This document shows positions 34,413-44,282 of a stretch of 64,000 nucleotides of DNA, piece by piece. The notes under the pieces are model-generated. The model did not search any database. It was given only the letters and a program-made list of their open reading frames with translations, and was not told the DNA's origin. This DNA comes from a virus, in IMG/VR virus record IMGVR_UViG_3300045988_036168; one strand, given 5' to 3'. A program made the translations under genes and the position numbers. Positions within the stretch are counted from its first letter, which is position 1. Every line of letters starts with the position of its first letter.

Positions 34413-34643
34413 CTATCCCTCCTTCTTGTAAAGCGGGTCATCCTTGCCGAGCACGGGGTAGTCTACCTGCCCGCCTTTTTTGATGACGACCCGATATTTT
34501 TTGTTGATCCCCCGCCGCGCCCGGTTTGCCAAGACGTAAAAGCCGTCGAGGCTGGCGCATCCAAGGGCTTTCCGACACTCGGCCGCGTTGCCTCTGGTCA
34601 GCAGTTCGCCGCTGTATCGGTCATAGATTTCGTAATAATTCAT
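34413..34643 (-). CDS. hypothetical protein (76 aa)
   Basis: ORF-track ORF, coupled to neighbours. Confidence 0.5.
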   Translation of the reverse strand: MNYYEIYDRYSGELLTRGNAAECRKALGCASLDGFYVLANRARRGINKKYRVVIKKGGQVDYPVLGKDDPLYKKEG

Positions 34644-35032
34644 CGCTCCACCTTCTCAATGCTGTCCATCGGCACCAACCGCTTCTTGTTCTCGGCGTAG
34701 TAAACGATGGCGAACGGCTTCGGGTTGATTGAGCTACATTGAAAGCCGCTTCTTCCGTACGGAGGGTCATTCCACTCACAAAAAAGTTCCGTGCAGAGCC
34801 ATGTCACGCCGACGAAGACTCCGGTGAACAAAGCCGTTTTCGTGACGAACTTCTCGCAGGACTCGTAATCTTCAATCTCCTCGCCCTCCGTTGCGTCTTT
34901 CCTCCACAGTAGCGCCTTTCCTGCGTCTCCGTTGTCGATCTCGAAGTGATTGCCGCTCGGTCTGATGTATGCGCTGCATGATACTCGATCTCCGAGCCGC
35001 AGCTTCGACATTTCAGTCGTACTCGTAGTCAC
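34640..35032 (-). CDS. hypothetical protein (130 aa)
   Basis: ORF-track ORF. Confidence 0.55.
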   Translation of the reverse strand: MTTSTTEMSKLRLGDRVSCSAYIRPSGNHFEIDNGDAGKALLWRKDATEGEEIEDYESCEKFVTKTALFTGVFVGVTWLCTELFCEWNDPPYGRSGFQCSSINPKPFAIVYYAENKKRLVPMDSIEKVER

Positions 35033-35207
35033 CCAGTTTCACCTCCGTTTCGCAGTCGGGGCATTCGACGTAGCCCCAGTCGTCGCCCCAGCACTCAGGG
35101 ACATCGAGTTCTCGCCACGGAACCGTGACTTCTCTGCCACAGTGCGGGCAAGTAAATGTGACCGATACCGGCTTCACGTCGATGTGGAAGCCTACCGCTT
35201 TGCTCAT
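35013..35207 (-). CDS. zinc-ribbon protein (64 aa)
   Basis: ORF trimmed to ATG 35207 (AAGGAGG RBS). CPHCG...CPDC. Confidence 0.5.
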   Translation of the reverse strand: MSKAVGFHIDVKPVSVTFTCPHCGREVTVPWRELDVPECWGDDWGYVECPDCETEVKLGDYEYD

Positions 35208-35345
35208 GGCCACGCCTCCTTTCTCTGTGGTATTTTGAATTAGCCAAGCGGCAACCAGAGGGTAGAGCAAGGCTCTACATCCTCTGGAGCATCACGCAAT
35301 GATGAAAGTATTGCCGTCCACGGCTGGAATCGCTCTATTCGGGTC

Positions 35346-36107
35346 TTACATCGGCTTTCTGATCTTGACGATGCGGGTAACGACATCTGTGCCACTTTCG
35401 CGGAACGCCCCCGGCTCCAGCTTGATCGTCTGAGCATACACGCTGCCGAGGAAGTCTCTGAACTCTACGGACTTCTTATCGCTGCGGAAGAACGTGCTCT
35501 CGCACATGATTGCAACCAGAACGCCGCCGGCATCCAGCAAATCGTAGGCATGGCGCACATGGTCGATGTCCTGATGGCGCGTAAAGGGCGGGTTCATCAC
35601 GACGCGGTTGATAGCGCCGATTTCCTTCTTCGTCACGTCCAGAAAATCGCGGTAGCTCACGCCATAGGGCTTCTCGGACAGATACCGCTTCATGTCGGTG
35701 TTCAGCTCGAAACAGCACATACCGGCGGGCAAATGCTCCCAAATGACATCCGCCAGTTGGCCGTTGCCGCAGGACGGCTCCAGTACCTCGGATGCGCTGT
35801 CGATCTCTGCCATCTCGCACATTCGCTCGGCGACGGCGCGGGGCGTCGGGAAGAACTGATACTCGCGCTTCAGGTCTTTCACTTCCTGCGTGAGCATGAC
35901 GTTCTCCAGCATCTCCGCCACATTGTCATCCTCAGCGAAGACGTGGGCCTTTGCCTTTCGGTTCCACTTGCCGCCCATGTTCTCCAGAACCTTGTTGACC
36001 TCCGTGTAGGTCTTGCGGTCAAGCTGAACACTCGGCAGGTAAAGCAGGTTTCCGTCCGCTCTGCACTCGCCCAGCACGTTCAGCACATTCTCAGGGATCT
36101 TTGCCAT
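35346..36107 (-). CDS. N6-adenine DNA methyltransferase (gamma-type)
   Basis: FFPTP, LEPSCGNGQL (motif I), VVMNPPF (motif IV). Confidence 0.85.
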   Translation of the reverse strand: MAKIPENVLNVLGECRADGNLLYLPSVQLDRKTYTEVNKVLENMGGKWNRKAKAHVFAEDDNVAEMLENVMLTQEVKDLKREYQFFPTPRAVAERMCEMAEIDSASEVLEPSCGNGQLADVIWEHLPAGMCCFELNTDMKRYLSEKPYGVSYRDFLDVTKKEIGAINRVVMNPPFTRHQDIDHVRHAYDLLDAGGVLVAIMCESTFFRSDKKSVEFRDFLGSVYAQTIKLEPGAFRESGTDVVTRIVKIRKPM

Positions 36108-36121
36108 TTGTTTCGTCCTCC

Positions 36122-36460
36122 TTATTTTTTCACCGGCCGCGCTCCGATGAACTCCTCGGCCAGTTGTTGATACTCTTCTGGCGTGATATACCCACGCCGC
36201 TTCTGCTGCTTCCAGTAGGCCATGATCTCGTCGTACCGAGTCTTCAGCGAGGCGTATCGTCCATAGGCGCCGTTCAGCTCATGGCAGATCCGCTCCAGCT
36301 CAACTCGCTTCTCCGCGAAGTTCTCAGCCAGTTCAAGGCTCGGTGCCCGTCCAAGTCTCGCAGACCCACAGGCGCAACACATCTTCGGCGCTATGCCCTG
36401 CACGGCAAAGGCAGCTCCGCAGTCAAGGCATATCCACTTTTGCTGCCGTCCTCTTGCCAT
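36122..36460 (-). CDS. zinc-ribbon protein (112 aa)
   Basis: CLDCG...CCACG followed by a helical tail. Confidence 0.55.
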   Translation of the reverse strand: MARGRQQKWICLDCGAAFAVQGIAPKMCCACGSARLGRAPSLELAENFAEKRVELERICHELNGAYGRYASLKTRYDEIMAYWKQQKRRGYITPEEYQQLAEEFIGARPVKK

Positions 36461-36475
36461 TCAGGCTACCTCCTA

Positions 36476-36715
36476 TCACACAGGTTTTTTCCACCGGCAT
36501 CCGCGGCAGGCTCCTTCGTGTTCCTGCTTGTACTTACCGCACATATAGCACAGTTCATTGACAGCCGTGCGGTACTCTTGCTCCAGCTTGCGGATCTCGG
36601 CCGGTTCGCGTTCTGTGTCTTCATAGTCGGCCAGCCGGTAAAACACAGCCTCAACCGTCGTGCTGGTCGGCTGCGATACCGTGCCGTCGCTGTTGCGTAT
36701 CGTCAGGCGTTCCAT
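36476..36715 (-). CDS. hypothetical Cys-containing protein (79 aa)
   Basis: ORF trimmed to ATG 36715, which overlaps the upstream stop. Confidence 0.5.
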   Translation of the reverse strand: MERLTIRNSDGTVSQPTSTTVEAVFYRLADYEDTEREPAEIRKLEQEYRTAVNELCYMCGKYKQEHEGACRGCRWKKPV

Positions 36716-36717
36716 CG

Positions 36718-37161
36718 TCACACCTCCTGATACCGGATGGGCCTCTCGCCGCGTTCGTCGAAGTCGAGGCAGGCTTTTTTCGACTGGCAACAATAAAGCG
36801 GCGTCCCAGCTCGCGGGTAATGCTTGTTCTTGCGAACCTCGCAGATGCCTGACGCCTTCATAGGCTCTCTGAGGAAGTGATGGCACTGCCCGCAACATTG
36901 GCCGAGGCTCTCAGGTCTGACCTTCAGCCGCCCCTCCTTCTCCGCTTTGAGCAGGTCGAGAACGTGCTGAAGGCTCATGCCGTCGCGGATCAGCTCGTCC
37001 TCAAACTTCCTGTACTCCGCGCAGGCTTCAGCCGGGATGTTGGCATCCTCGTACATTTTCAACACTCCGAGCGCCTTTTCAACCGTTTTGATCTCCTCAG
37101 GCTCAAAGCAAAAATCCTGCTCATTGATGATGTCTTGCAGCCTCTTCGCGTATTTCTCCAT
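36718..37161 (-). CDS. hypothetical protein (147 aa)
   Basis: ORF-track ORF with a C-terminal Cys cluster. Confidence 0.55.
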   Translation of the reverse strand: MEKYAKRLQDIINEQDFCFEPEEIKTVEKALGVLKMYEDANIPAEACAEYRKFEDELIRDGMSLQHVLDLLKAEKEGRLKVRPESLGQCCGQCHHFLREPMKASGICEVRKNKHYPRAGTPLYCCQSKKACLDFDERGERPIRYQEV

Positions 37162-37162
37162 C

Positions 37163-37504
37163 TCAATACTCCTTTACTTCCGGTTCGTCGAGCCGTGCGC
37201 CGCAATGCTGGCAGAACGGCTCTGTGCAATTCACTTCTTCTCCGCAGTTGGAACAATGCGCATCTCCCAGCCAGTCGATGACGAGGTGTGCGTGGATCTG
37301 CTCCGGTCGGCACTCAATGATACTGCCGCCCTTGCTCGCTCTCCTGTTCCACACTTCGATTTTGTCCGCCTTAATTACAAAACCGGAAAGAACGCAGCCG
37401 TTGTACCAGTGCTTCCACTCCCCACGGTTTGCCGTTCTCATGATTGCGCCCATAGGCTTATTGTCTGCGCCACAGAACGGGCAGGGCTTCAGTTTTACTT
37501 CCAT
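37163..37504 (-). CDS. Lar-family restriction-alleviation-like protein fused to a zinc ribbon
   Basis: ORF trimmed to ATG 37504. KLKPCPFCG ... VWNRRA matches the Lar family. C-terminal CSNCG..CQHCG. Confidence 0.6.
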   Translation of the reverse strand: MEVKLKPCPFCGADNKPMGAIMRTANRGEWKHWYNGCVLSGFVIKADKIEVWNRRASKGGSIIECRPEQIHAHLVIDWLGDAHCSNCGEEVNCTEPFCQHCGARLDEPEVKEY

Positions 37505-37725
37505 TGTTCCGCCTCCATCTGCTCTATCTGGGCGCACAGTTCATCCGTTACGTCATTACCGTAGCTGAGTTCTTCGTAACCCCAGCCACCGCCATCGCTC
37601 AATTTCTCCACATCTATCCCGTTCCGTTCCAACCAGAGTCCCACTTCACGGTCAAGATTGCTTGCCATTCCTGCGTAGAGTGCAATCCGGTGCATCTTCT
37701 CGCGGATATGCTTCGGCACTTTCAT
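37495..37725 (-). CDS. hypothetical protein (76 aa)
   Basis: ORF trimmed to ATG 37725. Confidence 0.5.
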   Translation of the reverse strand: MKVPKHIREKMHRIALYAGMASNLDREVGLWLERNGIDVEKLSDGGGWGYEELSYGNDVTDELCAQIEQMEAEQWK

Positions 37726-37745
37726 TCCGTTTCTTCGCACTCCTC

Positions 37746-38420
37746 TCAATCGCAGTCCACATACCACCATCCGGTGCATCTGTCTTCTTCGCCAGACCGT
37801 GCATCTTCTACCGGGTCGTAATACCCGGTATGAAAAACAACTTCTTCGCCCTGTGCGGCGTAGAGCTGGAAAAGCAGGTCGCACATGGCGTCCACAATGG
37901 CTTCCGTCTTACACATCAGCTCGTCGCCGTTTCCCCAAACCTCGCCATCTGAATAGTCCCGCATCCGACTCAGGAACAACTCGAACCAGTCGATTTTTTC
38001 CCGCGCGTCAATGTGTTTGACGGGCGGATGGTCTGCCGCCCAGAAGTCAACTCCTTGGAAGTTATCAGCGTCGAGGATATACTCGCCATTTTTCCAGCGG
38101 CGTTCAACTTCGCGCAGGGCCGCCTCCTCGCTTTCTGCCTCCACCGCCACCTGTGTCTCAAGTGTCTCGCGGATGTTGATGCTGAACTCTTTCTTCTGCG
38201 GCTGATTCTTCCAGCACTCAGGGCAAAGCACGTTGTCCGTTTCGGACAGCATCTTTCTGAAATCCTCTTCGCCGCAGGCTTTCTTGAAACAGTTCGTGCA
38301 GAAGTGTTTCCCGCACCGTTCGCACTCCCACACATCCCCGCGGTGGTCGTCGTGCGCGTCCCACTTTTCACGGAACCCGCAGATGTCGCACTCGTATTCG
38401 TCACTTCCCATTAAGTACAT
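37746..38420 (-). CDS. Zinc-ribbon protein with DpnD/PcfM-like domain
   Basis: ORF trimmed to ATG 38420 (GAGGAGG RBS). IRETLETQVAVEAESEEAALREVERRWKNGEYILDADNFQGVDF. Confidence 0.5.
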   Translation of the reverse strand: MYLMGSDEYECDICGFREKWDAHDDHRGDVWECERCGKHFCTNCFKKACGEEDFRKMLSETDNVLCPECWKNQPQKKEFSINIRETLETQVAVEAESEEAALREVERRWKNGEYILDADNFQGVDFWAADHPPVKHIDAREKIDWFELFLSRMRDYSDGEVWGNGDELMCKTEAIVDAMCDLLFQLYAAQGEEVVFHTGYYDPVEDARSGEEDRCTGWWYVDCD

Positions 38421-38430
38421 ATCGTCCTCC

Positions 38431-38706
38431 TCAGTAATCGAAACAGGCCATATAGAAGTGAATTTTCCCATCCTTGATTTCGTGGGTGCAGCACTTCCAC
38501 AGGTCGTGGTAGAGGAACCACACGGTTCCCATCTCGTTCAGGTATTCCAGATTGAAGTCCTTCAGGTACTTTCTGAGGACGTCGTTCACGCTCTCGCTGC
38601 CCTTCTGCAGTTCCAGAGGAACATTGAACCACGGAACCTCTGCGGTGATGGGGCCACGGGGCTTGCGCTTCTGGAAGTCAGCGCACAGATCATCAAACCT
38701 CGCCAT
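38431..38706 (-). CDS. hypothetical protein (91 aa)
   Basis: ORF-track ORF. Confidence 0.55.
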   Translation of the reverse strand: MARFDDLCADFQKRKPRGPITAEVPWFNVPLELQKGSESVNDVLRKYLKDFNLEYLNEMGTVWFLYHDLWKCCTHEIKDGKIHFYMACFDY

Positions 38707-38989
38707 CGTCCCCGCCTCCGCAATATTCGTTGTAGATGCGCTTCAGCTCTCGCGCAACGATGCCGTCCTCAATGTCCTCCAACAGATCATCGAGATTCCA
38801 CCGCGCCAACTCAAGCCGCTGCCTTACCTGCTCTTTGTTGGCGCGGCGGTATTCCGCTGGCAGGTCGGGGGCATTTTTGAGGATGCTCTGGCACAGCTCG
38901 ATTTCGCCGCAAAGCTCTTCGAGCCGATGGGCCACCCGCGAAACCATGCAGTCGTCATGCACGAGCAGGGTCTTTCCTTTTCCAATCAT
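38693..38989 (-). CDS. hypothetical protein (98 aa)
   Basis: ORF-track ORF. Confidence 0.55.
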   Translation of the reverse strand: MIGKGKTLLVHDDCMVSRVAHRLEELCGEIELCQSILKNAPDLPAEYRRANKEQVRQRLELARWNLDDLLEDIEDGIVARELKRIYNEYCGGGDDGEV

Positions 38990-39294
38990 TCCGCATTCTC
39001 CTTTCCTACGAAAATGCCGGCGTACACAGCGCCGTCAATCAGGTAATGGTAGAACTGATGTCCCTCAGGAACCTCGTCTACCGCCAGCTTCGTCTTCCGC
39101 ATCACCAGCGGATGGGTGCCGACCATGACAACATACTCGCCATCTGGCACGAGCTGCTTCATCCACTCGCTCGGCTTTTCCGAGCTGTGCGTCGTGTGGT
39201 CGAACAGGCTGATAGCCGGTGTTCCCGTAATGGGCAGAGGTGCAAAGAACGTCATCTGTTCCCACGCTCCACCGGCAATCATGCCGTTACTCAT
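38986..39294 (-). CDS. hypothetical protein (102 aa)
   Basis: ORF trimmed to ATG 39294. Confidence 0.5.
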   Translation of the reverse strand: MSNGMIAGGAWEQMTFFAPLPITGTPAISLFDHTTHSSEKPSEWMKQLVPDGEYVVMVGTHPLVMRKTKLAVDEVPEGHQFYHYLIDGAVYAGIFVGKENAE

Positions 39295-39538
39295 ACTGCG
39301 CACGTCCCTTCTTGGCCTCGGCCATGATTTCCTCGATGTTGTTTCGGAGCAAGAAGCGGTAGTCCTGCATCCGCTCCTCCAAAATCTCGGCCGCCTCTCT
39401 GCGAACAGCCTCAGGTGTGATGCTCTCACAGTTGCAATGTACGGCCAGAATCAGATCCTTGAACGTGAACCCGTCGAGGATGTTGTCCTCGGCGCTCACA
39501 TCGTCGCCCAGCTTCCATCTCTTGCTTTCAGTCTCCAT
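39287..39538 (-). CDS. hypothetical protein (83 aa)
   Basis: ORF trimmed to ATG 39538, 7 nt after GGAGGA. Confidence 0.5.
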   Translation of the reverse strand: METESKRWKLGDDVSAEDNILDGFTFKDLILAVHCNCESITPEAVRREAAEILEERMQDYRFLLRNNIEEIMAEAKKGRAQYE

Positions 39539-39899
39539 CCCTGTTTCCTCCAAATACCGCCTCAATGGCTTCGTACCAAGTCGTATTCTCGCCGACGTTG
39601 CAATCGGTCTTCTGGAAGAAGTAGCTCACGATCTCAGGGATGCTCTCCTTAGCCTCCTCGAAGGTGATGCCGTAACTGGTTTCAAACTCTTTCTCGTATT
39701 CGGCTCGGTCTTCGTCGGAAACGGCGTCCAGATCTTCGATACCGAACGCATACGAGGTCAGCATACGGAGCGCGTCCGCTTTGCGATACTGCATCTCCTG
39801 ATACCGGTACGCCGCCTCGATTTCTTCCGGGGCCATCCGGTAGGACTTGCCATAATACTCGAAGTCGATCAGCTCTCTGGTGTTTTCCATCGTAATCAT
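39528..39899 (-). CDS. hypothetical protein (123 aa)
   Basis: ORF trimmed to ATG 39899 (ATGA overlap). Confidence 0.55.
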   Translation of the reverse strand: MITMENTRELIDFEYYGKSYRMAPEEIEAAYRYQEMQYRKADALRMLTSYAFGIEDLDAVSDEDRAEYEKEFETSYGITFEEAKESIPEIVSYFFQKTDCNVGENTTWYEAIEAVFGGNRDGD

Positions 39900-40858
39900 T
39901 TTGCTTCCTCCTGAATTACCTTCTGAACCAGCTCGTTCATGCAGTCGAAAAACCGCTGTGAGCAGGCAGCGCCTTTGGCCTTGTAATACTGCAGACCGTC
40001 GCACCTGCCGTCTTTGATGGTGACGTTCGCCAGCTTGCTGCAGATCCAACCCTGCGTTCTCAGGGGAACGCCCACTTTGTACCGGCGCATGAGGAGCAAA
40101 ACAATCGGCTCGTTGTGTCCGACATCCCCCACGCGGTAGTCGATGCGGTCGTTGTTCAGGCGCCCACCCTCTCGGATGATTTTGACGGCTGCCTCGATCT
40201 CCTGCTTTGCCTTTGCATTTATCTCCTCGGCCTCTCGGTGCCGCTTCTCCGCCTCTTCTGCGGCTATTTTTTCTTTCTCTTTCTGGATGTACTCCTGATG
40301 GGCCTCAGACAGCTTCACGCACTCGTCTAACTTGTTCAAGACGCAGGCTCCGACATAATCGGGATGTGTCAGGCCGCCGTTCTTCTCGCTCTGGAGATAG
40401 AACTTAACGTGGCTTGCAAGTTGCTTACTGATGCTGGCAACCCACCTCTCAGGCTGGCTCCCAAGGCGCGTAACGACTTCTTCCTCTCGCTTCATTGCCT
40501 CGGACACGCTGGTCGGCTGGTTCCACCCATCCCGTTCTCTCAGCTCATTGAAGAAGGCGATCCGCCCCTCTTTGCTGCCGTACAGTTCGTTCACCGCGGG
40601 CAGGTAGCCGCAGTTGTCGATCATCTGGAACTCCGTCATGCGCAACGGAATCAGGTAATTGTTCACCTCAACGTGCAGTATATAGCGGTCATTGTCGCAC
40701 CGCGGGTACTCTATCTCAGGCTTTCCGTCCTTGCGCCACAGCCGATAGGTCGTGGTTCCGTCGGCAACCTCCTTGATGAACACAGCTCGCATCCGACGGC
40801 CGGTGCGATTATACATACCGCCGTCGAACAGCGGTGTCATCAATTTTACTTCAGGCAT
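39896..40858 (-). CDS. hypothetical protein (320 aa)
   Basis: Long coupled ORF with a central coiled coil. No domain recognised. Confidence 0.65.
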   Translation of the reverse strand: MPEVKLMTPLFDGGMYNRTGRRMRAVFIKEVADGTTTYRLWRKDGKPEIEYPRCDNDRYILHVEVNNYLIPLRMTEFQMIDNCGYLPAVNELYGSKEGRIAFFNELRERDGWNQPTSVSEAMKREEEVVTRLGSQPERWVASISKQLASHVKFYLQSEKNGGLTHPDYVGACVLNKLDECVKLSEAHQEYIQKEKEKIAAEEAEKRHREAEEINAKAKQEIEAAVKIIREGGRLNNDRIDYRVGDVGHNEPIVLLLMRRYKVGVPLRTQGWICSKLANVTIKDGRCDGLQYYKAKGAACSQRFFDCMNELVQKVIQEEAK

Positions 40859-40860
40859 CT

Positions 40861-41412
40861 TTATCCCTCCCTAAAATTCGGATTGAAGGTGTCGCTGTAC
40901 GCGGCTGTTTCATTCCAGTCGTCGTACCGCACCTTCTCGGTTTGCTTCCCATGTCGGAACGTGATGTTCGGGCGGATGTGGTTCCCATCTTCCCACCAGC
41001 CCTGATGCTTATAGCAGGTCAGCCAGCGGGCAAACGGTTCTCTGCAAAGCTGCCGCATGAGGTATCCGCCATTATCCATTCTTCGCCAGATCTCTGTATC
41101 TGTACCTTCCAAGACGCACACAAACTCGACATCAACCGTCTTTGGCGGATTCCGGGTCGTGTCATTCTTGTAGGCGTTCCATGACACCTTCGGGAACCAT
41201 TCGTCGCAGAGCTTGCTATACTCCATCGTCGAGTTCTCAGCGATATACCGCTCACCGAGTACGTCGATTTCTTCCTCTTTCATGTAGAGCTTGCCAGAGT
41301 TGCCGTCGGCGTCGGTGAATACGACCGTCTTGCGCCCCGTCAAAACGGCGCTGTTGTTGCCTCCGTACGGGGCCGCCTCTTCGGGCGTGATGTCTCTGAT
41401 CTCGATTTGCAT
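40861..41412 (-). CDS. hypothetical protein (183 aa)
   Basis: ORF-track ORF. Confidence 0.6.
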   Translation of the reverse strand: MQIEIRDITPEEAAPYGGNNSAVLTGRKTVVFTDADGNSGKLYMKEEEIDVLGERYIAENSTMEYSKLCDEWFPKVSWNAYKNDTTRNPPKTVDVEFVCVLEGTDTEIWRRMDNGGYLMRQLCREPFARWLTCYKHQGWWEDGNHIRPNITFRHGKQTEKVRYDDWNETAAYSDTFNPNFREG

Positions 41413-41416
41413 ATCC

Positions 41417-41821
41417 TCACCTCCATTGAAGCGAACGCATAAACGGAAGGGCTTTCTTCATTCGTTCAACCTCTCTCCACCTCGAACTCCCCGGCTGCGC
41501 CGTCTTATTCTTCTCAACGTAGCGTTCCATTTCCTCCAGAGTTCCGGGACCGTATCCAATAGCGTCGAGGATGGTCTTGGCTCCATCGCAACGTATGGCC
41601 TTCAGCGAATCGAGGTCGATGCTCCGACCGCCCGGAAACGGCTGATACTGTGACAGCCGGCACAGTGGGAGATACTTTCCTGCTATTGGATAGCGGATGT
41701 TCCAGACCATATAGCCATGCGGTACGGCGTTCACGATCTCGTATGTATGCTCAGGGAACGTGCCGAGCCGTTCTGTGACGCGCCGGCCGTCCGCAGAGAA
41801 CGTTACTTCATACTCGTTCAT
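41417..41821 (-). CDS. hypothetical protein (134 aa)
   Basis: ORF trimmed to ATG 41821. Confidence 0.55.
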   Translation of the reverse strand: MNEYEVTFSADGRRVTERLGTFPEHTYEIVNAVPHGYMVWNIRYPIAGKYLPLCRLSQYQPFPGGRSIDLDSLKAIRCDGAKTILDAIGYGPGTLEEMERYVEKNKTAQPGSSRWREVERMKKALPFMRSLQWR

Positions 41822-41834
41822 CTTCCGCTCCTCC

Positions 41835-42275
41835 TTAGAACGAAAATCCCGCCGCTTCGCGTAGCTCCTTTGCCGCCACCTCAAGCCCGTGTCGGAGCCG
41901 CTCGTCGTTTTCGATCCGCTCCATCGTAAAGCCGCAGGCTTCCACGGTTTCCTCGACCTCACAGGTGTAGGTGTACTCGTGATCGCGAAGCTCGTACAGA
42001 AACATATCCTTGATGAACCCATCTCCGGTTTCATCTGCCTGGATGGCGTCCTCCACTTCCTTGAAGTTTCGGGCCAGCGTATCGGCAATCATCTGCGCAT
42101 CTTTGGCGAGGCAGAAGCCGCCGCCAAAGGTATTGCAGAGCTTATCGGTGTCGTTCTTCGTAAGCCCCAGTTCCTTCAGGACTTCGTCGAAGCGTTCCTC
42201 TGTGAACGCCCAGTAAATCGGAAGTGCGTTGACTTCCTCCTGATGGCGTTTCTTCATTTCTGCGTATGTGTTCAC
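41835..42275 (-). CDS. hypothetical protein (146 aa)
   Basis: ORF trimmed to GTG 42275, 9 nt after AAGGAGG. Confidence 0.5.
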   Translation of the reverse strand: MNTYAEMKKRHQEEVNALPIYWAFTEERFDEVLKELGLTKNDTDKLCNTFGGGFCLAKDAQMIADTLARNFKEVEDAIQADETGDGFIKDMFLYELRDHEYTYTCEVEETVEACGFTMERIENDERLRHGLEVAAKELREAAGFSF

Positions 42276-42463
42276 CGTTCGATGGCCTCCTTTGCATTTT
42301 CGTTGACCGTTATCGGCGTCGTATGGTGAAGCCGCGTCCGCTTCACCATGAACTTCTTCTTGCAGTAGAAACACGGAACCTTGTAGTTCCCGTTCCATCC
42401 TACCATGTTCGCTCTCCCGCAATGTGGGCAATCAATGATGCCAAGCACCGGCTTGTTCGCCAT
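42272..42463 (-). CDS. zinc-ribbon protein (63 aa)
   Basis: ORF trimmed to ATG 42463. CPHCG...CFYC. Confidence 0.5.
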   Translation of the reverse strand: MANKPVLGIIDCPHCGRANMVGWNGNYKVPCFYCKKKFMVKRTRLHHTTPITVNENAKEAIER

Positions 42464-42477
42464 AGCTCGTTCCCTCC

Positions 42478-43254
42478 TCAATACCAAATCAGGTTGATAC
42501 CGCCGAGCTGCTCCACGCGGCCGGTCATCGCCTCCACGTCCACAAGTTTCTTTGGCAGCCGCTCGTCTTCGTTCCACGCTCGGATCAGTTTCTCCAACTC
42601 CTTATCGGGAGCTGGTACGGCGAAGTCGCACCCGAAATTGTAGACCATCTGATCGAGCAACTCCTCGTAGATGCCTTCCTTGCCGGCCACAACCTTCTTT
42701 CTCTGGTCGCCGTGAAAATTGATGCTGCCGAGGAACAGTCGCCCGTGCATCATCTTCAGCGCCCGCAACTGTTCGCGGTTCCAGTCGTTGTATGTGGCAT
42801 CAGCTTCTCTCGGTTCCAGATACCCGCCGGTGCTGCGGATGTAATCGAACTGCATCTTTCTGGCGAATGCGAACGTGATGCTGCCCTCCAGCTTGGTCTT
42901 CCAGTCCAGACTTCTCAGGTTCAGTTTTCCGTTGTTTGCCCAGCCCATGTCGAGCTGGCCGTTTGCGTCGCTGTTCTCGAACGACCAGAAATGGTCACGA
43001 TACACGCACTCGCTGTTGACGTTCACGCCCCTGTCCTTGGCCTCAGAGCGGGAATAGCGAACCGGCTGACGGTCAACCTCGCGGTTGTGCTCCTCGTCCT
43101 CCTTCAGATAGAACAAAACCGTGTTCTTATCTCTCTCGGCCCCGTGATAGCTCGGGCGATAAGCGACCACGCCCAGCTTCTCCGCGATCTCGTCGAGGGT
43201 TTTCTGCTGCTGCGTGTACCAGACGTCAGCCGCCGTTACCAACTTCATCGTCAT
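42478..43254 (-). CDS. hypothetical protein (258 aa)
   Basis: Long ORF-track ORF. No domain recognised. Confidence 0.65.
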   Translation of the reverse strand: MTMKLVTAADVWYTQQQKTLDEIAEKLGVVAYRPSYHGAERDKNTVLFYLKEDEEHNREVDRQPVRYSRSEAKDRGVNVNSECVYRDHFWSFENSDANGQLDMGWANNGKLNLRSLDWKTKLEGSITFAFARKMQFDYIRSTGGYLEPREADATYNDWNREQLRALKMMHGRLFLGSINFHGDQRKKVVAGKEGIYEELLDQMVYNFGCDFAVPAPDKELEKLIRAWNEDERLPKKLVDVEAMTGRVEQLGGINLIWY

Positions 43255-43381
43255 CCTCTCCTTTCAAGGTCATTTCGTCTGTGAATATCAGTCGGCCGCA
43301 TCCGTTGCAAACGAACCCGCCGCTGTCGAGCCTGATCCAATCAGTGCAACCGCACTCCGGGCAGGCCGCGAAAATCTTCAT
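43226..43381 (-). CDS. putative zinc-ribbon microprotein (51 aa)
   Basis: Not in the ORF track. ATGA overlap with the upstream stop. CPECG...CNGCG. Confidence 0.45.
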   Translation of the reverse strand: MKIFAACPECGCTDWIRLDSGGFVCNGCGRLIFTDEMTLKGEDDDEVGNGG

Positions 43382-43635
43382 GCCGCCATCCTCCGTTCGT
43401 AGTCCTTGATTTCCTCAAGCGTCAGCCACTCAGGCTTGCCGCTTTCTGGGAAGCTCCACCAAAGGGCTTTCATGTACTCGATATGGTCGGCTACGTTGCC
43501 GGCCCAAAGATACTTCGTGACTCGGTTGCCGCACCCGAGGAAATACTCGCAATCCTGCTTCATACGGTCGAGCATCTGGTATCTGAGCTGCAGGCTCCAC
43601 GCCAGAACCGTGCCGACCTTATCAGCCACGGCCAT
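43378..43635 (-). CDS. hypothetical protein (85 aa)
   Basis: ORF trimmed to ATG 43635 (TAATG overlap). The YQMLDRMKQDCEYFLG..KPEWLT pattern recurs in mobile-element proteins. Confidence 0.5.
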   Translation of the reverse strand: MAVADKVGTVLAWSLQLRYQMLDRMKQDCEYFLGCGNRVTKYLWAGNVADHIEYMKALWWSFPESGKPEWLTLEEIKDYERRMAA

Positions 43636-44282
43636 TACTGTTCGCCTCCAACCAGTGCTTTCCACCCCGGCTCCTCACCGAGCCACATCGCCCGCAGCCA
43701 GTCGTTCTCGCAGAAGTACCGGCGATAGTGGCTCGGCATCGAGTTCACCGCGAAATTGCGGATCTGGCGCTTGCGCTCCTTGCCGGTCTGCAAGCGAGCC
43801 TCCCAGCCGATAAGCTCGGCCTGAGACTCGTTGATGAACTGGCGGTTTCCGTCGACCTCAATACCGATGCGCTCCTCCGTGCAACCGGAGTATGGATTGC
43901 GGCAGGTGCCGCACCAAAAGACCTTGCCAACACTTCCCTTCTTAAACTTGCGGCCGGCGATCACGCGCACTGTATCGCCGACGTGGATTTTCATGGCCTG
44001 CATCCGGTTCGTGCGCCCGTCAAACAGGGACTTGCCGAGCGTCTTCCAGTAGTGGTAGACCTTGCGGAGCACCTCAGGCGTGGCGTCGATCTCAGCGCGG
44101 CCACTGCAGGCGCAGCGGGTGGTGTCGAATAGAACCTTGTCGATGGTCTGCTTCTCTTCGTTCCAGCAGATTGCGTACCAGTCGGAATCGTCGTAGCCGT
44201 TGTGCTCGTACCAGTCGAGGACGCAGCCCTCGTAGTCAGGGGTGTGACCGTCCCCGTAGACGTTGGTGAAAATAGCCATCAC
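43635..44282 (-). CDS. hypothetical protein (215 aa)
   Basis: ORF-track ORF. Confidence 0.6.
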   Translation of the reverse strand: MMAIFTNVYGDGHTPDYEGCVLDWYEHNGYDDSDWYAICWNEEKQTIDKVLFDTTRCACSGRAEIDATPEVLRKVYHYWKTLGKSLFDGRTNRMQAMKIHVGDTVRVIAGRKFKKGSVGKVFWCGTCRNPYSGCTEERIGIEVDGNRQFINESQAELIGWEARLQTGKERKRQIRNFAVNSMPSHYRRYFCENDWLRAMWLGEEPGWKALVGGEQ